From: an uncultured Rickettsiales bacterium
GTDB taxonomy: Bacteria; Pseudomonadota; Alphaproteobacteria; Rickettsiales; UBA8987
Length of the DNA: 64,000 nucleotides
Direction of reading: 5' to 3'
Assembly (NCBI GenBank): GCA_964588995.1
Contig: CAZPQM010000010.1
Location: forward strand, 910-64,909
How positions within the stretch are numbered: the stretch's first letter is position 1; each line of letters starts with the position of its first letter. The position numbers and the translations under genes were made by a program. The notes beneath the pieces were generated by a model. It saw only the letters and a program-made list of their open reading frames with translations. It ran no database searches and was not told the origin of the DNA. Shown here in pieces: positions 8,376 to 18,067 of the stretch.

Positions 8376-8726
8376 TTATTTGCTGCGGCTGTCTTTGACC
8401 GAAACATGCTCCGCGAAAAGCGATAGCGCCTCAGGCTTGATCAGCTCGCAGGTGACGGAGTCTGCCAGCTCGTCTTTCAACACGAAATCGAGCACGAAAT
8501 CCATAAGCTTTTCAATCAGCACGAATTCAGTTTCATTGACCGCTTCCACCAGTGATTTGGTGAGTTCGCAGTAATCGAGCGTATCGTTAATATCGTCACT
8601 TGCCTTTGCTTTGCTGCTATCCATCTCAATCCACAAATTGATCAGGATCGGCTGACGGCGGTGGCGCTCATGCGTATAAAGCCCGATAACGGGCTGAGTG
8701 CGGATATGTTTGAGAGAAATTTGCAT
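8376..8726 (-). CDS. folB: dihydroneopterin aldolase (FolB family)
   Basis: 116 aa. GLYTHERHRRQPILINLWIEMD..DDINDTLDYCEL fits the FolB/tunnelling-fold pattern. Confidence 0.75.
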   Translation of the reverse strand: MQISLKHIRTQPVIGLYTHERHRRQPILINLWIEMDSSKAKASDDINDTLDYCELTKSLVEAVNETEFVLIEKLMDFVLDFVLKDELADSVTCELIKPEALSLFAEHVSVKDSRSK

Positions 8727-8755
8727 GAGGTCTTCTTTTTGGTTGATGAGGGTGA

Positions 8756-9472
8756 TTAGAGCAGGTGGTCGCCGTTATCAAGGAAGATACAGCCACCGGT
8801 CATGGCGCGCTGGTGCAGCAGAAAGGTAATCGTCTCTGCAATATGTTCCAGCTTGACCACATTATTAAGCGGTGAGCGTTTAATACGCGTTTCGATATAT
8901 TCAGGTTTAATATTATCGTTAAATTCAGTCATTCCAAGCGCAATACCATTTACGCGAATTTTCGGTGCGAGTGAGCGAGCCGCCATTTCATTAATCGCGA
9001 ACAGGGTCTTTTTTGAGAGCAGGTAAGGCACATAGCGCTCGGTCACGCGGGTAATATAGGTATCGATGATGTTGATCACCGCCCCGTCCTCCGTCTGCTT
9101 TGCCATCGCCTGCATGAGGAAGAACGGTGCCTTGGCATGGATCGCCATATTCTGATCGAACTTACTTTCATCGGTATCCTCAAATCGGTCCGGCTCAAAA
9201 ATCGAAGCATTATTGATCAGCACATCGACAGGGCCGAGCGCGTCATTAATGCGAGGGATTAGGGCGAGTGTTTCGTCATTATCGAACAGATTCGCCTGAA
9301 AAACTTCCACACGGCGGCCGGTCTCGGTGCTAACTTGCTCCGCAACGTCTTTCGCGCTCTCTTCTCCACGGTAATAATGCAAGGCAAGGTCATAACCCTG
9401 TTTAGCCAAATGGGTTGCCACCCCACTGCCGATACGGCCAGAGGCGCCTGTTATGAGTACGGTTGAAGTCAT
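8756..9472 (-). CDS. short-chain dehydrogenase/reductase (pteridine-reductase-like, adjacent to folB)
   Basis: TGASGRIGSG Rossmann motif, NNAS, and a YxxxK-type catalytic region (YLLSKK). 238 aa. Confidence 0.8.
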   Translation of the reverse strand: MTSTVLITGASGRIGSGVATHLAKQGYDLALHYYRGEESAKDVAEQVSTETGRRVEVFQANLFDNDETLALIPRINDALGPVDVLINNASIFEPDRFEDTDESKFDQNMAIHAKAPFFLMQAMAKQTEDGAVINIIDTYITRVTERYVPYLLSKKTLFAINEMAARSLAPKIRVNGIALGMTEFNDNIKPEYIETRIKRSPLNNVVKLEHIAETITFLLHQRAMTGGCIFLDNGDHLL

Positions 9473-9519
9473 AGCGGCTCTGCATAGCAGAGTTTGCAGC
9501 CAGAGTCATGCAATAATCC

Positions 9520-9771
9520 TCAGTAATGATAACGACAGGCGGCAATATAGCGCATATCTTTATCCGGTTATAGATAAGCCGGTGTTTTTTATCGATACGA
9601 CGAGACCAGTAGCGCTCCATTGGTATTTCAGCGGTTCCGGACTACCAGTACCTTCTAAAGGCTGGCGGAGTGTTTCCTTAATAAGTGCGTTAATGCGCTT
9701 GAGCATTTTTTATCGGTCTGTTGCCAATAAAGATATTCCTCCCGTGCATGGCTTGACCAAACGAGATTCAT
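9520..9771 (-). pseudogene. yoeB: yoeB/txe-family toxin pseudogene (at least 3 frameshifts)
   Basis: My three-frame reading of the minus strand gives MNLVWSSHAREEYLYWQQTDKK | MLKRINALIKETLRQPLEGTGSPEPLKYQ | YWSRRIDKKHRLIY | YIAACRYHY*. This is collinear with YoeB over its full 84 codons. The first frame break lies at an A-run (9704-9715). Confidence 0.8.
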
Positions 9772-9851
9772 TCTTCGATAAGTGAATGTGCTTTTGCCTT
9801 GCCGGCTTCAACCTCCTCGATCGACGCAGCTCTGCGGGTGATCTCATGCAT
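9768..9851 (-). pseudogene. yefM: 3' fragment of a yefM/phd-family antitoxin gene
   Basis: The fragment encodes ..ITRRAASIEEVEAGKAKAHSLIEE*, resembling the YefM C-terminus. Its stop overlaps the yoeB ATG (ATGA). The N-terminal ~55 codons are missing: only 18 nt separate it from the upstream gene. Confidence 0.5.
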
Positions 9852-9868
9852 AAATGAGAAAAAGATAC

Positions 9869-10492
9869 TTAAGAGGTCCAGCTGCGGACGCGGCCCGTAT
9901 CAAGGTGCACAAAGCCCGAGCGGGAATAATATCCAACGCCGCCTTCGCCCATATTCAGTGCTACTTTTTTCACATCGCGCAAATCGCGATCCGGCAGACG
10001 AATATCGATCGCCTGTCCTTTAGTATGGTAACTGCTTTTCGCAACACCCTTGCCGCGCGCGCGAAGCATTTCGTTGGTTTTCGGCGAGCGGTAAGCAGAA
10101 ATAACCTGAAATTCCGATGAACTCCCTACTTGTTCCTGTACCCGCACGAGCAGCTTCAGCAAATCTGTATCAATTTGAGTCACATCGCCGCTGCGGTGAT
10201 CGCGCAGCAGGTAGTTGATTTCCCGCAGCGCATCCCGGTTAAACCGGCCACGCTCATAAAAGCAGACATCGTTCAACCGCTCACCGGTATGCAGGTTATG
10301 CAGGCTGAGCACCTGTTCGCGTACAGTGCGGCTACGACGCCGGAAAAAGGACGAGAAAGCGTTATCGCTGCTACCCGATAAACTATTAATATTCAATGAA
10401 AAAGCGTCCGCAACCTCCGGAAGTAACATTCCGGTTACAGCGGCTCCCCCTACAACAGATTTGACAAAATCCCGACGACTGCGATCAGCCAT
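9869..10492 (-). CDS. DUF882 / peptidase M15A family murein endopeptidase (YcbK/MepK-like), Tat-exported
   Basis: Twin-arginine signal MADRSRRDFVKSVVGGAAV, then YRSPKTNE, HTKGQAIDI and GVGYYSRSGFVHLDTG motifs. Confidence 0.85.
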   Translation of the reverse strand: MADRSRRDFVKSVVGGAAVTGMLLPEVADAFSLNINSLSGSSDNAFSSFFRRRSRTVREQVLSLHNLHTGERLNDVCFYERGRFNRDALREINYLLRDHRSGDVTQIDTDLLKLLVRVQEQVGSSSEFQVISAYRSPKTNEMLRARGKGVAKSSYHTKGQAIDIRLPDRDLRDVKKVALNMGEGGVGYYSRSGFVHLDTGRVRSWTS

Positions 10493-10539
10493 ACCAGATC
10501 CTCCTCACGCCTCTTTTATTTTTTCAAAGCCGGCATCCC

Positions 10540-12321
10540 CTACAAAACCAGCTTGCTTTCGAGAAGACGGTCTTTACCGTATTTGTCTTCTCTATAAATA
10601 ATTGTACCATCTTTTTGCGCCCATGTCGTCATATAGATCATATAGAGCGGAATAGGCTTCGTATTTGTTCTTACACTAACCGGATTGCCTTTGTCACTCG
10701 ATTTTTCGCCGTAATAAAACTCGTTTACTTTTTCCGGGGTAAACTCCTCGTTTCCCTGCAATAAGAGATTGGCCAGCTTATCCGGCTCTTTAATACGCAC
10801 GCAGCCCGAACTGAAATTACGCGCATCCGATGCAAATAGATGTTCTTGCGGGGTTCCATGCATATAAATGACCCCCCCGCCCACCAGATTAAACCGGATT
10901 TTACCCAGTGCATTGCTGATACCGGGCTTCTGCCGGATGATGTAAGGTAAGTTCTGTTTATTATATTTCGTTAGCGACGCCCAGTCGACACCTTCGGCGC
11001 GTACCAGCTTCCCGTCCTGATAGTGCAGCAGTTTGAACCCTTCCTGTTCTGCCAGTTCGGGATTTTTCGCCATACGGGGAATTATATAATCAACGGCGAT
11101 ACGCTGCGTCGCAGTCCAGTGCGGGTTGAATGACACTTCGTTGATCTCAGAAATCATAGTGGGTGTGGGATGCGCCGGTTTACCGACGATAATCGGCATG
11201 GAAAACAGCTCTTCATTGCGCTCGATCGCATAGAGCCAATAGGTCGGAATATTGACGATAATGAATTTTTCACCGAAATCTTCCGGCAACCAGCGCCAGC
11301 GTTCCATATTCAGCTTTACTTTACGAATTCGCTCCAGCACCGGCACGTTCAGACTCTCAATGGTTTTCGGGCCGACAATGCCATCATCATCCAGTTGATG
11401 CGCATATTGAAAGCGCCGCAGCGCTTCGACCATAGTTTGGTCATAAAAATGACGCTGTTGCTTGCGGTTGGTTTCATAGATTGTATTAAATTCCGGGCTA
11501 TCTGCGCTGAGCCAGCCGCCCTCCACCAGCCGCTTCCGCAATAAGGGCACCCGCGGATCATCCATTTGCGGATAGAGCGTTTTGCCTTCCGGAATGAAGG
11601 TAAGTCCGCCATAGCCGTGAATATCAATCAGCTTTTTTAGCCCCTTGCGGAGCAAATGATATTGGTCGTGACGGGGGCCGAGCTTATCCAGCTCACCGAT
11701 TGCGTTGCGGGATTTTAGAGCGCGTGACAAAATGGCCACTTCGTCCACCGCGCGCGTTGTATAAATATTATCTGCTCCGACCGTTTCCGGATCGTACCGT
11801 CCGGTCATCACATGGTGGATAAAGTTAAGCACCATCTGGCTGATATACAGATCAGTCGCTGCCGGTTGCTGCATGAGCTCGATACGCGCTCGGATAATGC
11901 CAAGGTTATAATCGAGTGGATTCAGGCCGTGCAGTTCGGCCGCCGTGAGAAAAGTAATCAGCTCTTCTGCCAGCGGTGTGGCTTTACCGTTGGTTTTAAG
12001 CCAGATAGGCCGGTAACCGCGCGTAGAATAGAGTTTGGTCAGTTCCTGCTGTTGTAGTTCGATGCCACTTACAATAAGAGGCGCTTCATCCTGCAAAAGC
12101 TGTTGAAGCGGGGCAGCGCCAATAACGGTCGGCGGCCCAAAGGCTATAGCATCTTCTGCTTGATGCGGGGACACCTCAGTATATTCCTCTTCCGTGGTGT
12201 CCGTATTCTCAGCAGCCGTTTCCTGAGTAGAAGCATCCGCATCCGTCGCTTCGGCGTGTGCAGAAAAGGGAAGCGTGACACCAAAGAGCAGCGCTAGCAA
12301 TGCAACAATCGTTATTTTCAT
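10540..12321 (-). CDS. L,D-transpeptidase (YcbB/LdtD-like) with a PG-binding domain
   Basis: Signal peptide, then PG_binding_1 (LRRFQYAHQLDDDGIVGPKT) and a YkuD catalytic region (IYMHGTP....SSGCVRI). Adjacency to the DUF882 gene mirrors the E. coli ycbB-ycbK pair. Confidence 0.85.
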   Translation of the reverse strand: MKITIVALLALLFGVTLPFSAHAEATDADASTQETAAENTDTTEEEYTEVSPHQAEDAIAFGPPTVIGAAPLQQLLQDEAPLIVSGIELQQQELTKLYSTRGYRPIWLKTNGKATPLAEELITFLTAAELHGLNPLDYNLGIIRARIELMQQPAATDLYISQMVLNFIHHVMTGRYDPETVGADNIYTTRAVDEVAILSRALKSRNAIGELDKLGPRHDQYHLLRKGLKKLIDIHGYGGLTFIPEGKTLYPQMDDPRVPLLRKRLVEGGWLSADSPEFNTIYETNRKQQRHFYDQTMVEALRRFQYAHQLDDDGIVGPKTIESLNVPVLERIRKVKLNMERWRWLPEDFGEKFIIVNIPTYWLYAIERNEELFSMPIIVGKPAHPTPTMISEINEVSFNPHWTATQRIAVDYIIPRMAKNPELAEQEGFKLLHYQDGKLVRAEGVDWASLTKYNKQNLPYIIRQKPGISNALGKIRFNLVGGGVIYMHGTPQEHLFASDARNFSSGCVRIKEPDKLANLLLQGNEEFTPEKVNEFYYGEKSSDKGNPVSVRTNTKPIPLYMIYMTTWAQKDGTIIYREDKYGKDRLLESKLVL

Positions 12322-12441
12322 GCTTCGAGTTTAACCATGGTTGGGCTGTATTGGCAACGATTTGTGAATAAGCAGCGCATACGGCATAGAGTTCATTACC
12401 ATCTCATTGCCGGGTTACCAACTATTTGGCAGTATTATTTC

Positions 12442-15102
12442 ATGCAAGGGTTATTTATTTTATTTGCGCTGTTTGCCGCTATTTCCGCTCTGATAATGCC
12501 CTGGGTGGCGCTTGCGCGCATCAACCGGCTGGAAGATGAGCTGATCAAACTCCGCAAAATACTTGGTGCATTAACCAGAGGCGAGACACGCTCCGCACCG
12601 ACAGCCGCAACCACGGCAAGCGTAACGGAGCCGTCTATTTCAGCTAAACCAACGCCTACCGAAAGCAAGCCGGTAGCCCCTGAACCGCCTGCGGATAGCA
12701 CCCCTCAGCGTGCCGAGCCGGAGCCGGATACGCCCAAACCTTCTTTTGAAGAACGGTTCGGGGCGCGGATGCCGGTCTGGATTGGCGGGATAGCCCTAGC
12801 CCTCGGCGGGCTGTACCTCGTGAAATACTCCATTGACGCCGGCTGGTTGAGCCCAATGAACCGGGTGATTCTGGGATTACTGCTTGGGCTTGGCCTGCAA
12901 TGGGGTGCAGCGCAGTGCCGCAAACGTCCGGATATGGCGAACGGTCGGCGCATAGGTCAGGCGCTTGCGGGGGCGGGCATTGTCGTGCTCTATGTCGCCA
13001 TCTTTGCCGCTGCTTCGCTCTACAGCCTGATTGCGCCGTGGCTTGGGTTTCTGGGTATGGGTGTCGTTACGGCAGCCGCGCTCGTCCAGAGCCTCAAATT
13101 CGGTGCTCCGATAGCGCTGATCGGTTTGCTGGGTGGTTTTCTCACCCCGGCGCTCATCAGCAGCAACCAGCCGGATGTCATGATGCTCCTGCTGTATGTG
13201 TATATCGTCTTTTCCGGGCTGATGGTGGTGATCCGCAAAGAACGCTGGTGGATGCTCTCGCTCCCGACGATGCTCGGAGCGTTTGCGTGGGTTGCCCTTT
13301 GGCTCGGCACCAGCTTTACACCGGATGATACGATCTGGCTCGGGCTGTTCCTCGTTGCCGTCAGTGCAACAACGGTGATTACCAGCCACCGGGAATTTAT
13401 TGAAGGTGAAAAGGCGGTCACGCTAAAGGGCCATCTGCGCCCCACCGCGATCCTGAATTATATCAGCCTTGCCACCGCCCTGCTTTTTACCGGGATCCTT
13501 GCCGCGGAAGGCGGCTTCGGCATGATGCAGTGGGTCTTATTCCTGATCTTATCGCTCGGCGCGGTCGGGCTGGCCTGGTTTGACGACCGGCATTACGGCT
13601 TTGCCCCCTGGGCAGCAATGGCGGTCAATCTCATCATGCTATTTGTCTGGGAGCCGCATGATGCGAACATCGCCCGCTGGGGCTTCTATGCCGTCCTCTT
13701 CGGCGCGCTCTTTGCCGGGCTAGGCTATCGCCTGATGTGGAAAGCACGGCTACCGCTGCTCTGGGCCGGTTTGTGCGGATTCGCGCTGATAGGCTATTAC
13801 CTGCTCGCCGCCTATCGGTTGTATGATGTCGAAACCATCGGCAATATCTACCTGTTCTGGGGTTGGGTAGGGCTCGCACTCGCCGCCTTTGCCGCCTATA
13901 CGGTTACGACGCTGCAACGCGCCATGCGCCCCGGCAAGACGCAGGATTACTGCATTGCCCTGTTTGCGCTGGTTTGTACGGCACTTCTGACCCTCGCTCT
14001 CGCGCTGGAGATGCGCTACGAATTCCTCTCGCTCGCCGTTGCGCTGGAGATGCTCGCCGTCATGTGGATCTATCACCGCCTGCTGCTGCCGGGCCTGCCG
14101 CATATTGCGATTGCGCTTGCAGTGGTGTTCGGTTTTCTCCTCCTGCCGCAATGGCTGCTTGCAGGCCAGCTTGCGCTGAAAGGGTTGTTTGATCAAACGG
14201 TGCGTCTTCCGGTGGATCTGCCGGTGATGCAATGGCCGCTCGTGCAGCTCGCGATCCCGGCTGGCTGTTTTATCGCGACCGCGCGCCTGTTCGAGCGGCA
14301 TCGCCTGATCCCGCGTTTTATGAAAGTGGCGGATATCATCGCAATCGTGCTGCTTACGCTTGCGGGCTATTACCTGATGCGGACATTCTTCCTGACAGGG
14401 AATGCGGACCCGCTTTATTTCAAGCCGAGTTTCTGGCAGCGTGGACTGGTCACGACTGGCTGTTTTCTCGCCGGGTTACTCTGCGTGTGGATTGCGCAAA
14501 AACGGCAGGCCTCGCATATCGGCGTGACCGGTATGGTGCTTTGCGCTGTTGCGCTGTTCCGGGTGGTGTATTTTGATATCGTTATTTCCAACCCACTTAT
14601 CATCTGGCACCAGATACACGGCGTACCCCTCTTCAACACGCTCACGCTGGTTTACATGGTGCCCTTTGCGCTGACGCTGCTGCTCGAGCGGATGATAAAT
14701 CTCGAGCATTTCCCGAAATGGCATAAGGCGCTGCACATTGCACAGTTTCTGATATTGTTTGCGTTTATTACCCTTTCGGTGCGGCAGGTATTTGATGATA
14801 ATAATGTGCTCGCACACCAACCGGGTCAGGCTAGCAATTTGGAAATGTACAGCTATTCCGTCGTCTGGCTGTTATTTGGTATTGGGCTCTTATTTGCAGG
14901 GATTTACAAGCAAAGCCGCTCTATCCGCTATGCTTCGATGGGTGTCATGCTGCTCGCAATCGGTAAGGTGTTCCTGTATGACGCGAGCGAGCTGGAGGGG
15001 CTGCTCCGCGTCGCCTCCTTCCTTGGGCTGGGCGCAAGCCTCATTGGCCTCAGCTGGGTCTATTCCAAATATGTATTGGTAAGCCATGCAAAGGCTGATT
15101 AA
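12442..15102 (+). CDS. DUF2339-like polytopic membrane protein
   Basis: The preferred start is MQGLFILFALF (12442); the track ORF starts at 12337. One TM helix plus a short coiled segment (RLEDELIKLRKIL) and a proline-rich linker are followed by more than 20 predicted TM helices. Confidence 0.65.
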   Translation: MQGLFILFALFAAISALIMPWVALARINRLEDELIKLRKILGALTRGETRSAPTAATTASVTEPSISAKPTPTESKPVAPEPPADSTPQRAEPEPDTPKPSFEERFGARMPVWIGGIALALGGLYLVKYSIDAGWLSPMNRVILGLLLGLGLQWGAAQCRKRPDMANGRRIGQALAGAGIVVLYVAIFAAASLYSLIAPWLGFLGMGVVTAAALVQSLKFGAPIALIGLLGGFLTPALISSNQPDVMMLLLYVYIVFSGLMVVIRKERWWMLSLPTMLGAFAWVALWLGTSFTPDDTIWLGLFLVAVSATTVITSHREFIEGEKAVTLKGHLRPTAILNYISLATALLFTGILAAEGGFGMMQWVLFLILSLGAVGLAWFDDRHYGFAPWAAMAVNLIMLFVWEPHDANIARWGFYAVLFGALFAGLGYRLMWKARLPLLWAGLCGFALIGYYLLAAYRLYDVETIGNIYLFWGWVGLALAAFAAYTVTTLQRAMRPGKTQDYCIALFALVCTALLTLALALEMRYEFLSLAVALEMLAVMWIYHRLLLPGLPHIAIALAVVFGFLLLPQWLLAGQLALKGLFDQTVRLPVDLPVMQWPLVQLAIPAGCFIATARLFERHRLIPRFMKVADIIAIVLLTLAGYYLMRTFFLTGNADPLYFKPSFWQRGLVTTGCFLAGLLCVWIAQKRQASHIGVTGMVLCAVALFRVVYFDIVISNPLIIWHQIHGVPLFNTLTLVYMVPFALTLLLERMINLEHFPKWHKALHIAQFLILFAFITLSVRQVFDDNNVLAHQPGQASNLEMYSYSVVWLLFGIGLLFAGIYKQSRSIRYASMGVMLLAIGKVFLYDASELEGLLRVASFLGLGASLIGLSWVYSKYVLVSHAKAD

Positions 15103-15424
15103 GGCCTTCGGCTACTCGTGCAGCGGGCTGATGCGGTGCTACCGTGAAGATCCCGCGTTCCAGCAGGAGATATGGCTTGCCGCCGTCTTAATTCCGCTGG
15201 GGCTTTGGATAGGCGAGAGCTGGCTCGAAAAAGCAGTCCTAATCGGCTGCGTGCTGCTCGTAATCGCCATTGAACTGCTTAACAGTGCGATAGAATCGCT
15301 GGCTGACTTAGTAAGCCCGGAATTTCATCCGCTGGTGCAAAAAGCCAAAGATGCCGGTAGTGCTGCCGTACTCATCAGCCTGCTTTCGCTATTGGCGTTC
15401 TGGGTGCTGGCGTTGGTTGCCTGA
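15086..15424 (+). CDS. dgkA: diacylglycerol kinase
   Basis: 112 aa with three TM helices and the IAIELLNSAIESLADLV and KDAGSAAV motifs. It overlaps the upstream gene by 17 nt. Confidence 0.9.
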   Translation: MQRLIKAFGYSCSGLMRCYREDPAFQQEIWLAAVLIPLGLWIGESWLEKAVLIGCVLLVIAIELLNSAIESLADLVSPEFHPLVQKAKDAGSAAVLISLLSLLAFWVLALVA

Positions 15425-15428
15425 ATCC

Positions 15429-15917
15429 TTAAGCGGCCTGCTGCTGACGCTGTGCATAGAGGCGGCCGAAATCAATCGGGTCCAGCATCAATGGCGGGAA
15501 GCCACCGTCACGCGTCGTATCGGCAATCACACGGCGGGCAAACGGGAAGAGCAGGCTCGGGCAGAAGACGAGCAGTGCCGGCTCTTTTTCTTCATCGGCA
15601 ATACCTTTGACCGTAAACAGGCCCGCATAGGTGAGCTCACAGACAAACACATCATCGGACTTATCTTCTCCGCGCGTCGCCTTACAGGTTAGTGTCAGGC
15701 TGACTTCGTACACGTCTTCGCCTGCCGTACCGGCTTTCACGTCAACAGAAATATCGATATTCGGGCGATCGGCATTGCCCATCAAGCTACCGGGTGCCTT
15801 GGGATTTTCGAAGGACAGGTCTTTGACATACTGCGCGTTAACGGCGATCTGGCGTTGCTCCTGCGCTTCACCTTGTTGTGCGTTTCCAGGCGCTGCATCG
15901 TTCTTCTCTTCAGCCAT
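15429..15917 (-). CDS. secB: protein-export chaperone SecB
   Basis: 162 aa. YVKDLSFENPKAP, CELTYAGLF and LFPFARRVIADTTRDGGFPPLML match SecB. Confidence 0.85.
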   Translation of the reverse strand: MAEEKNDAAPGNAQQGEAQEQRQIAVNAQYVKDLSFENPKAPGSLMGNADRPNIDISVDVKAGTAGEDVYEVSLTLTCKATRGEDKSDDVFVCELTYAGLFTVKGIADEEKEPALLVFCPSLLFPFARRVIADTTRDGGFPPLMLDPIDFGRLYAQRQQQAA

Positions 15918-15997
15918 AATGACGTTCCTTCTTTTGAGTGTGATATTATCTAACTGCGTTCTTTATAACAATTACGTGGTTTATGGCAAGCAAGGAT

Positions 15998-16780
15998 TTA
16001 GAACGCATCTTTTCTGGCGCGCAATTCGGCGAAGACGGCCTCATCGGAAGCACTCTTAAGCCCTAGTCTTTCCCTGATTTCCGGGCTATCGGTCCGCAAA
16101 AACGGATTTGTTTGCTTCTCCTGCCCGATTGTAGTCGGCTGGCTGGGTTTGCCATCAGCTCGTAAAGCGCCTATCTCAGCCTTTCGCAGTTGCAGGGCCT
16201 GATTCTCCGGTTCAACGGTTACGGCAAAAGCGGCGTTGGTTTCAGCATACTCATGCCCGGTATAAATTGCCGTATCGTCGGGTAATGAAGCAAGCTTTCG
16301 CAGCGAATGCAGAAATTGCGGCGGGTTGCCTTCAAACATACGGCCACATCCCATCGCAAAGAGTGTATCACCGACAAAAGCTACCTTCTCCGTTTTCGCG
16401 TAATAGCTGATACCGCCTGTCGTATGGCCGGGATTATGAATAATGGCAAAGGTTGTGCCGCAGACCGAGTAGCTGTCACCTTCTTCCAGTGCCGTATCGA
16501 TTGCGGGGATACGCTCCGCATCATAAGCCGAACCCACAATCTCACAGCCATAGCGTTTTTTGAGTCCTTTGACACCGTTGGTGTGATCCCAATGATGATG
16601 GGTCGTGAGGATGTGCGTGGGGCTAAGGTCATGTTCCTGCATGTAGTCAAACACCGGCTCGGCAATGCCCGGATCCACCACAGCCACGTCATCCGAATCC
16701 GCATCCGTCAGTACATAGATATAATTATCCAACAACTGCGGATAGCGGTCTTTCAGCACAGGAATGATGTCAATTTGCAT
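15998..16780 (-). CDS. gloB: hydroxyacylglutathione hydrolase (glyoxalase II, MBL fold)
   Basis: THHHWDHTNG metal motif, GHTTGGISYY, and the C-terminal NPFLR motif. Confidence 0.85.
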   Translation of the reverse strand: MQIDIIPVLKDRYPQLLDNYIYVLTDADSDDVAVVDPGIAEPVFDYMQEHDLSPTHILTTHHHWDHTNGVKGLKKRYGCEIVGSAYDAERIPAIDTALEEGDSYSVCGTTFAIIHNPGHTTGGISYYAKTEKVAFVGDTLFAMGCGRMFEGNPPQFLHSLRKLASLPDDTAIYTGHEYAETNAAFAVTVEPENQALQLRKAEIGALRADGKPSQPTTIGQEKQTNPFLRTDSPEIRERLGLKSASDEAVFAELRARKDAF

Positions 16781-16849
16781 AAAATTCCAACATTAGGTTG
16801 ACGGTTTAACCTATGATATAATACATCAGCAGAGGAGTAGAGGAAAGAC

Positions 16850-17776
16850 ATGGGTGCGACAAAAAAAGCGACGGCAAAAGTGGGTAATCAGATCATGACC
16901 GATAACGAGTTGGACTCATTACGCAATTCGATCGATAAAATTGATGACCGTTTGATTAAGCTACTAACCGAACGCAACAATGTCGTAAAGCAGGTCGGTA
17001 ATCTAAAAGCGCGGCGCGGTGATGGGCATTCCATTATCCGCCCCGGACGTGAAGCCGATATGATCCGCCGCATTGTGGAAAAAGGCGGTGCGGGTTTTTC
17101 CTCAGCAGCACTTGCACTCATGTGGCGGCTGATTATTTCCAGCGCGATCAATATTGAAGAGGACCCGAAAATCAGCACCTATTCTTTACCGAATAATCGG
17201 GAGGCCTACTGGCTCGCACGGGAATATTTTGGTGCGTTCACCCCGATGGAAGAGCATCCTACCACCGCAGAGGTGCTTTCTGATATTCTTCGGCGTAAGG
17301 CAACAGTTGGTGTCGTGCCCCTCAAAGATGAGGGAAATTCGCAGCCTTGGTGGAGCCGCATTTCCTCCGAGAAAAAGCCGCCGCATGTGTTTGCAAAATT
17401 GCCTTTTGTGCAGATGGCGTCCAGTGATAAGCCTGTGCTGGTCGCACTTGGTTATGTCATTCCCGAACCCACGGCGGAAGATGAGAGTTTATGGGTACTT
17501 AAAGCACCAGAAACAGTGATCTTCAGCTGGCTCGAACCCTTGCTGAAAAAAGCGGGCATTGCCTTTAAGACTGAGGCCAATTGCCGGGTATTGCAAGTCA
17601 CCACCTACCAGCACTACCTGATTAAAATGGAGGGTTTTGTAGATCAAAACGATAAGCGCATCAAGGACTTCTTCGAAGAGGCCAATAAGGAGTTTGGCAC
17701 CGAAACGGCTTCGATTGAAATGGATTTCCTTGGCAGTTACGCCACCCCCATTTGCTTTGATATGGGAGCGGTGTAG
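16850..17776 (+). CDS. chorismate mutase domain protein with a C-terminal extension
   Basis: The N-terminal LDSLRNSIDKIDDRLIKLLTERNNVVKQVGNLK....IRPGREADMIRRI is an AroQ-type chorismate mutase helix pattern. The C-terminal ~200 aa are unassigned. An alternative start is the ATG at 16895. Confidence 0.6.
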   Translation: MGATKKATAKVGNQIMTDNELDSLRNSIDKIDDRLIKLLTERNNVVKQVGNLKARRGDGHSIIRPGREADMIRRIVEKGGAGFSSAALALMWRLIISSAINIEEDPKISTYSLPNNREAYWLAREYFGAFTPMEEHPTTAEVLSDILRRKATVGVVPLKDEGNSQPWWSRISSEKKPPHVFAKLPFVQMASSDKPVLVALGYVIPEPTAEDESLWVLKAPETVIFSWLEPLLKKAGIAFKTEANCRVLQVTTYQHYLIKMEGFVDQNDKRIKDFFEEANKEFGTETASIEMDFLGSYATPICFDMGAV

Positions 17777-17804
17777 GTTAGTTGGGGTTTGGACTCTGGC
17801 CCTA

Positions 17805-17960
17805 CGTCATTCCTGTTTTACCCCGTCATCACAAGGAGGGTGTTTGCCCGACGCGGTGATCTCAGGCCATATGTCTGTCATTACAAGCCGAATGCGACGT
17901 AATGTCATTATGGGTTCCCCTGCACGAGATTGCTTCGTCGTTTCACTCCTCGCAATGACG
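17805..17960. repeat. cluster of CGTCAT...ATGACG palindromic elements in the intergenic region
   Basis: A solo cgtcattcctg end at 17805 is followed by cgtcatcacaaggagg..gcggtgatctc (17824-) paired with gagattgcttcgtcgtttcactcctcgcaatgacg (-17960). An internal gtcattac..gtaatgtcat palindrome lies between them. Confidence 0.55.
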
Positions 17961-18067
17961 CAACCACCCGCTAATCACCATCTGGTCACAACCCTCACAC
18001 CCCTCTTTCCTTCTGCGCATAATTTGGTATAACCATCTCCTACAGTAAATGGTAAAAGGATTAGACC

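Noticed and set aside
9402-9785. Track ORFs 9402-9620 (minus) and 9453-9785 (plus) as possible real genes
   Set aside because: The minus ORF is one frame fragment of the yoeB pseudogene running on into the start of the SDR gene. The plus ORF is antisense to the pseudogene.
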